DNA of 64,000 nt from an archaeon. GTDB lineage: Archaea; EX4484-52; WAPT01. Below are positions 1 to 9,456 of this stretch, piece by piece. The stretch is from NCBI GenBank assembly GCA_029258795.1, contig JAPDKB010000008.1:2955-66954 (forward strand), given 5' to 3'. Both the position numbers and the translations under genes were made by a program. A model generated the notes under the pieces. It searched no databases. It saw only the letters and a program-made list of their open reading frames with translations, and was not told the DNA's origin. Position 1 is the stretch's first letter; each line of letters starts with the position of its first letter.

Positions 1-501
1 CACGTCTCCATAGTTGTCTATGATATACTGCTGTAGAGCATAGAGACCGCGCTTGTTTTTATAGCCGCCATAAATCGCAAACAGATGATCCCTCTCTATC
101 TCGAAAAACTCGACCTTCAGCTTCTCATTTATGTTGCTTATCCTTATGATGGTTGGAGTGTGCCTCTCTCCTTCTATACAGCAGAAGTTAACATTCAGTC
201 CGCAGAAGACATATCCTGCTCCGCCCATCGTTGAGGTGAAGAATCCCTTCCAGATGGGAGAACGAGCCGCAAAAATCAGGCGATGTGTGCCGGGAATGTT
301 TGATGCTGCAAGCGGGCCAACACCGAAAATCAGCGCGTTTTTCGGGCTCAAAGCATCGTAACGCCACGACTCGTAGCGGTTGAGGTGCATCTCAACCGCA
401 AAATCCACCACACCCAGAATGCGCTCGTCCTTAACCTTTTCCAGCTTCCAGCTCTTCTCCGCAACGTCTATGAAAAGTGCTCTTCTTTCCGGCAGGGGCA
501 T
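1..501 (-). CDS. gor: Glyceraldehyde-3-phosphate:ferredoxin oxidoreductase (AOR family), N-terminal part; runs off the window
   Basis: Absent from ORF track. Manual translation from ATG 501: MPLPERRALFIDVAEKSW...ILGVVDFAVEMH...ALIFGVGPLAAS...HRLIFAARSPIWKGFFTSTMGGAGY, typical of the GAPOR/AOR N-terminus. Confidence 0.75.
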   Translation of the reverse strand, partial: MPLPERRALFIDVAEKSWKLEKVKDERILGVVDFAVEMHLNRYESWRYDALSPKNALIFGVGPLAASNIPGTHRLIFAARSPIWKGFFTSTMGGAGYVFCGLNVNFCCIEGERHTPTIIRISNINEKLKVEFFEIERDHLFAIYGGYKNKRGLYALQQYIIDNYGDV

Positions 502-592
502 GAAGATTATTATGGCGGGGGAAATGATATAAAGATTTGTCCTCCTAGCTCGTGGAGCTTGGGTGGTGAGTAACCATTATAGAAATCTAACC

Positions 593-1474
593 TCAATCCT
601 CAACCAGATCTATCCACCCAGCGTACTTCTCAATTTCGCCCCTGACCACCTTCTGATAGTACTTCTGGATTTCCTTAGCACGGGTTGTGGAGTACTGGAT
701 GTTGTTTATCTCTTTTATCGGAGTTATCTCTGCTGCTGTGCCGGTGAAGAACGCTTCATCAAAGCATGGAAGTTCGTGAACGGAAACTGTTCTTACTTCC
801 GCTGTGTAGCCAAGCTCTTCTGCAAATTTCAGCACGGTATCTCTCGTTATCCCAGCAAGAATGCTTCCGGTGGGGGGTGTGATAAGCTTGTCATCCTTGA
901 TGAAGAAGATGTTCTCTCCTGGACCCTCCGCCACATTACCATCAAGGTCAAGCATGAGCGCCTCATCATAACCAAACTCTCTCGCCTCTATCGTTGCCAG
1001 CACGGAGTTGAAGTAGTGTCCGCATATCTTTGCCTCCGGATTCGTTATCAGGCGGTTCATTCTGTGGTAGCTGCTTATCTTTACCCTGACATCATCACCC
1101 AGATATTTTGGGAATTCGATGGCAAAGACCGCAACGTCAGCCTTCTGACTCAAAACGTTCAGACCTATTTTTCCGAAGTTGTAGAAGGCTATTGGCCTTA
1201 TGTAAGCATCATCCAACCCGTTCTCCCTTATGACTTGCTTGCATGCTTCAATCAGTTCTTCCTCAGAAAAATCGAGGTTCATTCCCAAAACCTTTGCTGA
1301 AAAAAAGAACCTCTTTATGTGGTCCTTCAGCCTGAAAATCCCTCTCTTTCCATTTGCAAGCTTGTAGCATCTTATTCCCTCAAAAACACCCGTGCCGTAA
1401 TGCAAAGTGTGACAGGTTATCGGAATTTTGGGATCCTCCACCATTTCTCCGTTGTACCAGACCTTCATACCCAT
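593..1474 (-). CDS. ilvE: Branched-chain amino acid aminotransferase (class IV PLP)
   Basis: LHYGTGVFEGIR, AKICGHY, EGPGENIF, ILAGITRD and FFTGTAAEITP motifs; start refined to MGMKVW. Confidence 0.95.
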   Translation of the reverse strand: MGMKVWYNGEMVEDPKIPITCHTLHYGTGVFEGIRCYKLANGKRGIFRLKDHIKRFFFSAKVLGMNLDFSEEELIEACKQVIRENGLDDAYIRPIAFYNFGKIGLNVLSQKADVAVFAIEFPKYLGDDVRVKISSYHRMNRLITNPEAKICGHYFNSVLATIEAREFGYDEALMLDLDGNVAEGPGENIFFIKDDKLITPPTGSILAGITRDTVLKFAEELGYTAEVRTVSVHELPCFDEAFFTGTAAEITPIKEINNIQYSTTRAKEIQKYYQKVVRGEIEKYAGWIDLVED

Positions 1475-1508
1475 GCATTTTAATTGATTGCGACAGATTT
1501 TTAAAGGT

Positions 1509-3296
1509 ATGAAAGTTCTCATCTACGGCTACGGGAGGATGGGAAGGACATTTCACAACATTCTGGGCAGTAGCGGGAACTACGTGAAAATTTATTCCCT
1601 TGATGAGCATTGTGAAGTAAGTGAGATTGATTTTGGGAGGTTTGATGCCGCTGTTCTGTGTGTGCCTGAAAGTGCATATCCGGAAGTGCTGGAGAAGCTT
1701 CCGAAGGGGATTCTCGTTGTGGACATTTCCTCCACAAAAGAGAAAACGCTGCCCCTGCTCAGGGATTCAGGACATGAGTATCTGAGTATCCACCCTCTTT
1801 TTGGTGAGAACATCTACCCGTACTTTTCGGAGGTCATGCTGGTGGAGAGCAACTCTGACAGAGCAAAAGAGTTCCTGAAAATGCTTGAGAGTACGGGTAT
1901 GCGCGTTATAGATGGGAGGGAGCACGATAAAGAGATGGCGAAGGTGCAGGGCGTAACCCATTTCACGCTTCTCGCCCTTTACGAGTATTTGAAGGACACA
2001 CATTCCAGAACCGCGCTGCTCAATGCGCTTTTACCTCTCTGCCTCCGGCTGAAAACCCAGAATCCTGAGGTGATAAAGAGGATTCAGGAGGTTGCGAAGG
2101 ATGAAAGGGAGGGGTTTCTCAACTTCCTAAAGGAGTTCAACGAGAAGTTCATGGAGAACTTTGAGAGTTATTTTGGTTTGGAAGGAGATTACAGCTTTCT
2201 TCTGAATGCTGCCAAGATTTACGAAAAGCCAAAGAGTCTGGTTGAGTACAGGAATTACTTGGAGGTTATAGATTCTCTTATCATGGATCTGCTCAATCTG
2301 AGGGAGCAGGCAGCAAGAGAAATCGCGCTCATCAAGAAGGAAAAGAGCATACCTATAGAGGTGAAGGAAGTTGAGGAGAGGAAGCTCAACCGGCTTCTGA
2401 AGAAACCAAGGAATCCCATAATTACGGGAGAGATATTTTCCCGTATATTCCAGCTCTCCAAGGAGGTGCAGTACGAAATCCTTGGAATTAGCGGGCTTGT
2501 TGGCGTGCTCGGGCCGGAGGGAAGTTACAGTGAGGAGGCAGCACTTAACCTCATTGGGAACAGAATCTTTCTGAGGCATTATGGCACGATAGAAGACGTT
2601 TTCAGGGGGGTTGAGAAGGGGGAAGTGGCTTATGGTGTTGTGCCGATAGAGAACTCGCTGACTGGAAGTGTTGCTGAGTCTCTAGAATCGCTTTTGAGTC
2701 ACGACGTCTTTGCGATTGGAGAGGTGGATTTGAGGATTTCGCACTGCCTCGTTGCCAGATCTCATGTTGATCTGAAGAAGGTGAGGTATGTTTACTCGCA
2801 TCCCCAAGCTGTAATGCAGTGCATGAATTTTCTGAGGAGAAATTTGAGCAATGCCGAGATAATCTATGCTTCCAGCACATCTCAGGCACTGAAAATGCTG
2901 GATGACGACTCTGTGGCCATCGCTTCTGAGAATGCCGCAAGATTAAGCGGGTGTGTCGTGCTGAAGAGAGATATTCAGGACAACAAGGAGAACAGAACGA
3001 GGTTTTATATCATCACGAGAGATGGAAAGGTTGATAAGCCGGAAGTCACAGCTCTTTTCTTCTCGGTTGAGGACAGACCCGGCTCGCTGAAGGAGATACT
3101 GGATGTGTTCTATGAGAAGCGCATAAACTTACGCAAGCTTGAGTCGCGCCCAGACAGGAGGAATCCAGGAAAGTACATATTCTTCACCGAAGCTGAAGCT
3201 AATCTGGATGATGAGATCGTGAGAAAGCTTAAAGAGAAGACGGAATTCGTCAAGATCGTTGGAAAGCTCAAGAGGATGGATTTTCTGGAGGTCTGA
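1509..3296 (+). CDS. Trifunctional prephenate dehydrogenase / chorismate mutase / prephenate dehydratase (with ACT domain)
   Basis: Rossmann GYGRMG and HPLFG (PDH); YRNYLEVIDSLIMDLLNLR (CM); LGPEGSYSE, PIENS, SHPQA, NRTRF (PDT); DRPGSL and LESRP (ACT). Confidence 0.92.
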   Translation: MKVLIYGYGRMGRTFHNILGSSGNYVKIYSLDEHCEVSEIDFGRFDAAVLCVPESAYPEVLEKLPKGILVVDISSTKEKTLPLLRDSGHEYLSIHPLFGENIYPYFSEVMLVESNSDRAKEFLKMLESTGMRVIDGREHDKEMAKVQGVTHFTLLALYEYLKDTHSRTALLNALLPLCLRLKTQNPEVIKRIQEVAKDEREGFLNFLKEFNEKFMENFESYFGLEGDYSFLLNAAKIYEKPKSLVEYRNYLEVIDSLIMDLLNLREQAAREIALIKKEKSIPIEVKEVEERKLNRLLKKPRNPIITGEIFSRIFQLSKEVQYEILGISGLVGVLGPEGSYSEEAALNLIGNRIFLRHYGTIEDVFRGVEKGEVAYGVVPIENSLTGSVAESLESLLSHDVFAIGEVDLRISHCLVARSHVDLKKVRYVYSHPQAVMQCMNFLRRNLSNAEIIYASSTSQALKMLDDDSVAIASENAARLSGCVVLKRDIQDNKENRTRFYIITRDGKVDKPEVTALFFSVEDRPGSLKEILDVFYEKRINLRKLESRPDRRNPGKYIFFTEAEANLDDEIVRKLKEKTEFVKIVGKLKRMDFLEV

Positions 3297-3304
3297 AGCG
3301 AGAT

Positions 3305-4087
3305 TTAATCGTGGATGTTAAGAACTTCAAACAGCTCCGAAAGGTCGTTGATTATGTGGTCCGCTCCCACTTTCTCCAGAATTTCTCTGGTTGCCATTCC
3401 CGTCAGCACGCCCACGCATCTGACACCTGCCTCTCTTGCAGAGATTATGTCAACTGCAGAATCACCCACAAAAACGCAATTTTCTGGCTGAACATGGAAG
3501 AGTTGCATTGCCTTCATCACGCCCTCTGGATGGGGCTTGGGATTTTTCTGATCCTCCCAGGTGATTATGACGTCAAAGAGTTCGTGGATGTTGTGGTTTT
3601 CCAGTATCCTCAGCGTTGATTTCTTTCTCCTGTTGGAGACGAGCGCGATTTTTAAGCTTCTTTCCTTCAGCTTTTCAAGGGTGGGCTTTGCATTTTTGCA
3701 CAATGGATACTTCGTGTCGTCGAATATCTCATAAAGGTAAGTGGTGAGCAGCTTGCCAAGCTTTTCAGCTTTCGAATCGAAATCTTCATGCTTTGCTCTC
3801 ATCTCCTCCACAAGGCGGTTGAGCTCTGCGTTGGGATTTTCCTTTTCCATTATGCTCTGCATGCTTTTTCCTGAAAGAAACACTGCGAGAAACCCTCTGG
3901 CTTTTCCGTGCTCCGTGTTGAAGTCCTTCAGGCTTGAGAGCGCGTTGCATTCCTTCATGGTGTAGGGAAACTCGTTCCTTTTACACAATCCGAGCTGCTC
4001 GAACGCCCAGATGTAGGAGTCGTAAAGCACAGACATGGAATCCCAGATGGTTCCGCCTCCGTCAAAAATCACGGCTTTGAGGGTCAT
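3305..4087 (-). CDS. HAD-superfamily hydrolase (phosphoglycolate phosphatase-like)
   Basis: VIFDGGGT motif I variant, VSN, KPHP, VGDSAVD. Confidence 0.85.
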   Translation of the reverse strand: MTLKAVIFDGGGTIWDSMSVLYDSYIWAFEQLGLCKRNEFPYTMKECNALSSLKDFNTEHGKARGFLAVFLSGKSMQSIMEKENPNAELNRLVEEMRAKHEDFDSKAEKLGKLLTTYLYEIFDDTKYPLCKNAKPTLEKLKERSLKIALVSNRRKKSTLRILENHNIHELFDVIITWEDQKNPKPHPEGVMKAMQLFHVQPENCVFVGDSAVDIISAREAGVRCVGVLTGMATREILEKVGADHIINDLSELFEVLNIHD

Positions 4088-4168
4088 TTGGTATCTCCAG
4101 CGCGAATTAAGGAATATTTGGAGATTTGATTTTTATTCATTTAAAATTTCGTGAAGAGCTAATTGTCA

Positions 4169-4678
4169 ATGTCGCTGGAAGTTGAACTGAAGGTACTTGG
4201 CATAAAGCCGGAAAGTGTTAAGAAAAAGCTTGAAGAGATGAGAGTTTTGACAAGGAAGATTGATCAGCGCGACTTCGTGATTTTGCCCAGCGGTAAGGAA
4301 GTGCTGAGGGTTCGTAAGGTGGACGGGAAGGTAAAGCTGACATGGAAGTACAGGGTGGAGAAGAGCAAGTTTAAGGTTGCGAGAGAAACGGAGGTTGAAG
4401 TTTCAGACTACGACAAAATGAAGAGGATTCTGTTCAGGATGTGCAAAGGCTTGCCCTATTATGAATACGAGAAAATCAGGGAGGTTTTTGAACTAAATGG
4501 TGTTAAAGGGGAAATTGTGAAGCTTGAGGGTCTAGCGCCATATCTCGAGCTTGAAGGAGAGCGGGAGAAGATAATGGAAGTGATTAAAATGCTCGGGCTG
4601 GAAAACAAGGAAACGAGCAGTGATGGCATACCTTCTCTCCTCAGAAAAGTCGGAATCATGCCGAAGAAAATTGAATAA
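4169..4678 (+). CDS. cyaB: CYTH-domain protein (class IV adenylate cyclase-like)
   Basis: EVELK (ExExK), LRVR, YLELEG. Confidence 0.8.
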   Translation: MSLEVELKVLGIKPESVKKKLEEMRVLTRKIDQRDFVILPSGKEVLRVRKVDGKVKLTWKYRVEKSKFKVARETEVEVSDYDKMKRILFRMCKGLPYYEYEKIREVFELNGVKGEIVKLEGLAPYLELEGEREKIMEVIKMLGLENKETSSDGIPSLLRKVGIMPKKIE

Positions 4679-4815
4679 GTTGTACTTAATTGCTAGAAGA
4701 AATAATAATGCGGGTAATCGCGGCCTTCATCTTTCTCTCTTCTTTTATGAGATTCAGACCATCACGCCGGTATTCTGGAATGTCTCGCTCTGTTAAGGAT
4801 ATTTAAATTTAATAA

Positions 4816-5175
4816 CTCACATGTCATTACATATCCGAAAATTATCTCGGTGAAATAGAATTTGAAACCGAGGAAGGCAAAATAATTAGTTTACCTTTGC
4901 ATAAAATGCCAAAATATGCGTTAAGAAAAGATGAAAAACCCCTCGGAGAAATTCTCAATGAGATGAATTTAGATATAGAAAAAATAAAGGAAGATAACCC
5001 AGGTATCGATATTGAGCATATTGATCCCTACGAAATGGTACCTTCACATATAATATCTCTGGAAACACTTGAAGATGGAAAGTATTATTTGCACGAAAAT
5101 CAAGTTTACTGCAAAAAAGGCAGAAATTTAGAAATTTACGATATTGTGGAATCTTGTGGAGAAAAAAGAAAATAG
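4816..5175 (+). pseudogene. AT-rich orphan ORF or gene remnant
   Basis: Frame of ORF 4897..5175 stays open back to 4816 with no ATG; lies in an AT-rich stretch 4680-5510. Confidence 0.35.
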
Positions 5176-5513
5176 TAAAATTTGCAGAGATATCCTTAAA
5201 GTAGGATGTTCTTTTATCTCTGATAGCTCGCTCTGTTTTTTGTCTCTTCATCCATTCTTTCGTACGCGAATAACAGATGCCTGTTATAAAGTATGTATGT
5301 GAAAGATCGGGAATAAAAACCAAGTAGGTGTTTATAGCTTTTAAGTTCTTTATTGTAAGTGAGATTTAATCATTGTTTTTGTGTCTTAACACTTGGTTTG
5401 TGAGGTAAAATGTTTTTGTTTGACCAGAACGTTATTAAGAGGGTGGTGATTATTGTGGCGCTTCTAAGATAATAGCAAACAAACATAAAAATCTTATTTT
5501 CTCAGTTTTTTCC

Positions 5514-5990
5514 ATGAAGGTGCTTGTAGCAAGTGATCACGCGGGATTTGAGCTGAAGAACCATGTTGTGGGGTTTCTGAAAAATGAGGGGTATGATGTT
5601 GTTGATCTCGGTCCCCACGAGTATGATCCTGAGGATGATTTTGTTGATTTTGCGGAAAAGCTGTGCAGGAAGATGCTGGAGGAGATGAAGGAAAACGAGA
5701 ACAAGGATGAGATCAGAGGAATTTTAATCTGTGGTTCTGGGCAGGGTATGTGCATAGCAGCCAACAAGTTCCCCGGCATTTATGCTGCGCAGATATGGGA
5801 TGAGGCAAGCGGAAAAATAGCTAAAGAGCACGATGATGCAAACGTCGCATGTCTTGCGGGAAGGTTTCTGGATAAAGAAACAGCGGAAAAAGCCGTTAAA
5901 GCATGGCTTGAAGCGAGGTTTCTGGAAGAGGAAAAGAGATTGAGGCGTGTTAACAAAATCAAAAAAATTGAGAGAGAATTCATGAAATGA
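5514..5990 (+). CDS. rpiB: Ribose-5-phosphate isomerase B
   Basis: ASDHAGFELK, ICGSGQGMCIAANKFPGI, AKEHDDAN. Confidence 0.95.
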   Translation: MKVLVASDHAGFELKNHVVGFLKNEGYDVVDLGPHEYDPEDDFVDFAEKLCRKMLEEMKENENKDEIRGILICGSGQGMCIAANKFPGIYAAQIWDEASGKIAKEHDDANVACLAGRFLDKETAEKAVKAWLEARFLEEEKRLRRVNKIKKIEREFMK

Positions 5991-6493
5991 TCATGCCCGT
6001 GATGGGAATAGACCTGGCGGGAAAGGAGAAGAACGAAACAGGAATATGCATCTACTTTCTTGAATGGCTTGGGGAAAAGCCGCATGTTGTGAGGAGAACA
6101 GTCCACACCGATGATGAGATAATGGAGCTTGTGAGGAAACACAAACCAAAGGTTGTGGCAGTAGATGCGCCTTTCTCCTTTCCGAAGGAAGGAGAGGGTT
6201 ATTTCAGAAAAGCGGATCGCATGCTGATTGAGCGCGGATTTAAAGTGCTCTCTCCTCTATTCAAAGGCATGCAGGTGCTTGTAAGGAGGGCTATGAAGCT
6301 GAGGGAAGAGATAGAAAAGGAAGGAGTGGAAGTTATAGAGACCTTTCCGAGGGCGGTGCAGCGGATATTTGGGCTTGAGAAGCCGGAAGGAGTTAATGAG
6401 CACGAGTTCGACGCTTTTTTGTGCGCGCTTGCAGCAAAAGCTTATCTGGAAGGGGAATATGAGAATCTGGATGGGATAATTTTGCCTCTCTGA
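5987..6493 (+). CDS. DUF429-like predicted RNase H-fold nuclease
   Basis: GIDLAG, VAVDAPFS, IETFP, HEFDA. Confidence 0.75.
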   Translation: MIMPVMGIDLAGKEKNETGICIYFLEWLGEKPHVVRRTVHTDDEIMELVRKHKPKVVAVDAPFSFPKEGEGYFRKADRMLIERGFKVLSPLFKGMQVLVRRAMKLREEIEKEGVEVIETFPRAVQRIFGLEKPEGVNEHEFDAFLCALAAKAYLEGEYENLDGIILPL

Positions 6494-6526
6494 TAATGGG
6501 CACAGATAAACGAGAGAAAGCTGCCA

Positions 6527-7138
6527 TCATCTCGAGCTTGCCGCCTCCTTCTCCCTTCTGACCCTTTCCTCGTAAGCATAGCTCTTTGTGGTGTCCTTGT
6601 TGTATGCTCCGAGAATCTCTTCAGCTAGGGCTTGAGCAGCGCTTGTCTTCTTGTTGAAGCATTTGTGATATGTGCCCTGCGCTATGTGCCTCAATGCAAG
6701 GTCGACCCTTCTCTGAGGAGAAGTAACGACTGGTTCTCTCACAAATATACCTCCCTTCTGGTAGGTTATGACCTCTTCAAGAGGAGCCGCATTCTCTATC
6801 GCTTTAACCAGCACCTGAATCGGATTCTGCTTGGTTTTCTTGTGGATTATCTCGAAAGCTTCATCGATTATGGTAAAAGCGTTGAGAGTTTTACCAACAC
6901 AGTGACCGCTGGTATATTTGTGTTTCTTACCCTTGTGACCCGGAACAAAAAGCTTGTTTGCAAGCCTCTCTATTATGTTCAGCTTGGACTTGTAGAACTG
7001 CTGCCTTGCATGTCTTCCTCCTGTTTTGGGATATACCATGGGCTTCAGATTTATGTATGCCTGCAATCCCTTATCCTCAACCTTCACTCCCTCGTAGCTC
7101 CACTTGTTGAGAAATTTAATCTCTGTTACCATGACCAT
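6527..7138 (-). CDS. rps7: 30S ribosomal protein S7
   Basis: NPIQVLVKAIENAAP, SPQRRVDLALR; operon context. Confidence 0.97.
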   Translation of the reverse strand: MVMVTEIKFLNKWSYEGVKVEDKGLQAYINLKPMVYPKTGGRHARQQFYKSKLNIIERLANKLFVPGHKGKKHKYTSGHCVGKTLNAFTIIDEAFEIIHKKTKQNPIQVLVKAIENAAPLEEVITYQKGGIFVREPVVTSPQRRVDLALRHIAQGTYHKCFNKKTSAAQALAEEILGAYNKDTTKSYAYEERVRREKEAASSR

Positions 7139-7145
7139 TTCACCT

Positions 7146-7586
7146 TCATCTTACCTGTCTCTTCTTCCTGCCCTTCACAAGCTCCTTGAGAGAAATACCA
7201 TTAACTTTCACAACCTTCCATCTCACACCGGAAAGGTCTCCGTACTTCCTTCCCTTAGGACCGCCGATACCCTCAATTATAACCTCATCGTGCTCCTGAA
7301 CATGATTTATTGCGCCATCAAGCGGGCAGAAGGCAGTAACTTGCTTACCGTTCTTTATGAGCTGTACCCTCACACACTTTCTCATGCCGGAATAAGGCTG
7401 CTTTGCCTCTATCATACGCTTCTCCAGAACTATCCCCTTTGCCTGTGGCGCTCCCTCCAGCGGGTCAGCTTTCTCCTTCAATCTCAACACTCTTCTTTTG
7501 TAGTAAGGATCATACCATCTCTTTTTCTTCTCCACCTTCAATATGTCCCTTGCCGCATACAATCCCTTTGGCATGACCAACACCAC
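7146..7586 (-). CDS. rps12: 30S ribosomal protein S12
   Basis: [33 protein letters not shown]. Confidence 0.97.
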   Translation of the reverse strand: MVLVMPKGLYAARDILKVEKKKRWYDPYYKRRVLRLKEKADPLEGAPQAKGIVLEKRMIEAKQPYSGMRKCVRVQLIKNGKQVTAFCPLDGAINHVQEHDEVIIEGIGGPKGRKYGDLSGVRWKVVKVNGISLKELVKGRKKRQVR

Positions 7587-7592
7587 AAGCCA

Positions 7593-8021
7593 CTACTTCA
7601 ATTTTATGTCGTGGACGTCAAACCATCTCTTCAAAAATTCCCGTATAACTTTAATATTTTTTCCCTCTCTTCCGATCACAACGGGTCTGTGCTTCCTGTC
7701 CACCTCGACTTTTACAATTATCTTGCCATCATTTTTTAAAACTTTCGTGTCTTTTACATCCACCAGCATAAGATTTTTAACGAAGGTCTCGAGATCATCT
7801 GCATATCTGAAAACCTTTACGCGCTTACCCATCAACTCTTCTATTTTCCTTATCTTCTCTCCTCTCTTACCTATTGCATTGGATATTCTACCCTTTATCA
7901 GAAAGTAAGCAGTATCTCCAGCGTTTATATAGTCCACAACCTGCGTCCGTGTCAGCTTCTCAAAGGCTGCAATAGCCATTAGGTCCTCGGTGGTGTACTT
8001 AACCTTTGCTGAGGTCATCAT
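7593..8021 (-). CDS. nusA: Archaeal NusA-like KH-domain protein
   Basis: Two KH motifs (AIGKRG, VIGREG); position in the rpo operon. Confidence 0.92.
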   Translation of the reverse strand: MMTSAKVKYTTEDLMAIAAFEKLTRTQVVDYINAGDTAYFLIKGRISNAIGKRGEKIRKIEELMGKRVKVFRYADDLETFVKNLMLVDVKDTKVLKNDGKIIVKVEVDRKHRPVVIGREGKNIKVIREFLKRWFDVHDIKLK

Positions 8022-8031
8022 GATCCCTTCA

Positions 8032-8304
8032 TCACTTCTTCTTTATTCCCAACACCGACACCGGAAAGGGCTTCTGGCACAGAGCTCCAAGTTCCTTGTT
8101 ATCCTCCTCATACACTACAAGCTCCACTCCAGCCAGTTCAGCGTAATACTTAATTCTTTCCTTCTCCTCTTCAGGGTAGTTTATGGCAACCACGACCTTT
8201 TCCACATTTCCCTTCTTCAGCTCTTTCAAGGTTCTTTCAGCTCCCAGTATTGCTCTTCCGCTTTTCACGGCCTCCAAAATCATCTGTTCCACTCCTGCAG
8301 CCAT
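8032..8304 (-). CDS. rpl30e: 50S ribosomal protein L30e
   Basis: ELGALCQKPFPVS; operon position. Confidence 0.93.
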   Translation of the reverse strand: MAAGVEQMILEAVKSGRAILGAERTLKELKKGNVEKVVVAINYPEEEKERIKYYAELAGVELVVYEEDNKELGALCQKPFPVSVLGIKKK

Positions 8305-8310
8305 AGCTCA

Positions 8311-9456
8311 TCACTCCTCCTTTATTCCAAGCTTGAACATTCCTGTTCCTATTGGTGGCAGGTTACCCACTATGACATTGGCAAATATGCTCTTGAGGTC
8401 ATCCACCTCTCCACTAGCTGCCGCATTGGTTAAGTGTTTTATCGTTTCCTCGAAGTTTGCCCTCGCGAGCACGGATGCTTTTTCTCCTGCAACACCATAC
8501 CTTCCTATCGGTTTGACAACTCCCGAAAATGTCATGATGTCCGCAACAAGCATAACATGTCTTTCATCCGTATCGACACCCTGCTCCCTTAGAGTTCTCA
8601 GGGTTTCCTCCACTATTAAATTTCTTGCTGCCTCTATACCCAGCAGCTTCATCACTTCAAAAATGTGGTTCGATCTGGTTCTTGTGGGGTCAACTCCGTT
8701 CATGGTGAGCACTTTTTTTAGATTTGTTCCGAGAGTTCTTATCACCCAATCATCTCCAACCTTTTCCACTATAACCTGAGTTATGCCCTTTATACCCTTT
8801 ATCTGCACACCTCTTGCCTTCACTCTCATCTGCTGCAGGTCTCTTATGCTGACCTCTTCCTTCTTTGATTCGAGAATTATCTTGTTCCCTCCTTCAACCC
8901 TGACCTCTGCGTTTCTCAAATTCTTTTTAATTATTTTCGCAACCTCCTCAAGCTCCATGTCTATCTCTTTCAGCTTTTCCTCATCCACAACCAGCTCCAC
9001 CTTCATCTCCATGAGATCGATGGAGTCCTCCTTCATTATCTGTTCAAGCGTCGTTTCCTTTATCTCTGCAGCGATTTTCTTTGCCGCTTCCTTATTGTTG
9101 TGTTCCTCATCCAGATAAATTTCCATGGAAGGTGTTGACGGAACCTTCCTCGCATCGAAAATCTCTATGAGTCTGGGTAAACCTTTCGTTGTGACGAGCT
9201 GAACTCTCCCCTCTGCGTGATAAGCTCGCAGCGTGGTCTGGGTGGCGGGCTCAGAGATAGAGTGGGCTGCCACCATTCCTATGGCCTCACCCACATCGTA
9301 AAGCATTTCCAGATATCGCTTTCTCCATTTCTCCTGCTCCTTCTTTGGAAGCTTGCTTATTTCCTCCTCATACCTTTTGGGCAACCTTATTTGGATCGTG
9401 TTGCCTCCTTCATTAACATCTGCACTTTTGGTTTTCTTTTTTGCCTTGGTCATCAT
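8311..9456 (-). CDS. rpo1C: RNA polymerase subunit A''
   Basis: AHSISEPATQTTL, GLPRLIEI, SVLARANFE. Confidence 0.96.
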   Translation of the reverse strand: MMTKAKKKTKSADVNEGGNTIQIRLPKRYEEEISKLPKKEQEKWRKRYLEMLYDVGEAIGMVAAHSISEPATQTTLRAYHAEGRVQLVTTKGLPRLIEIFDARKVPSTPSMEIYLDEEHNNKEAAKKIAAEIKETTLEQIMKEDSIDLMEMKVELVVDEEKLKEIDMELEEVAKIIKKNLRNAEVRVEGGNKIILESKKEEVSIRDLQQMRVKARGVQIKGIKGITQVIVEKVGDDWVIRTLGTNLKKVLTMNGVDPTRTRSNHIFEVMKLLGIEAARNLIVEETLRTLREQGVDTDERHVMLVADIMTFSGVVKPIGRYGVAGEKASVLARANFEETIKHLTNAAASGEVDDLKSIFANVIVGNLPPIGTGMFKLGIKEE

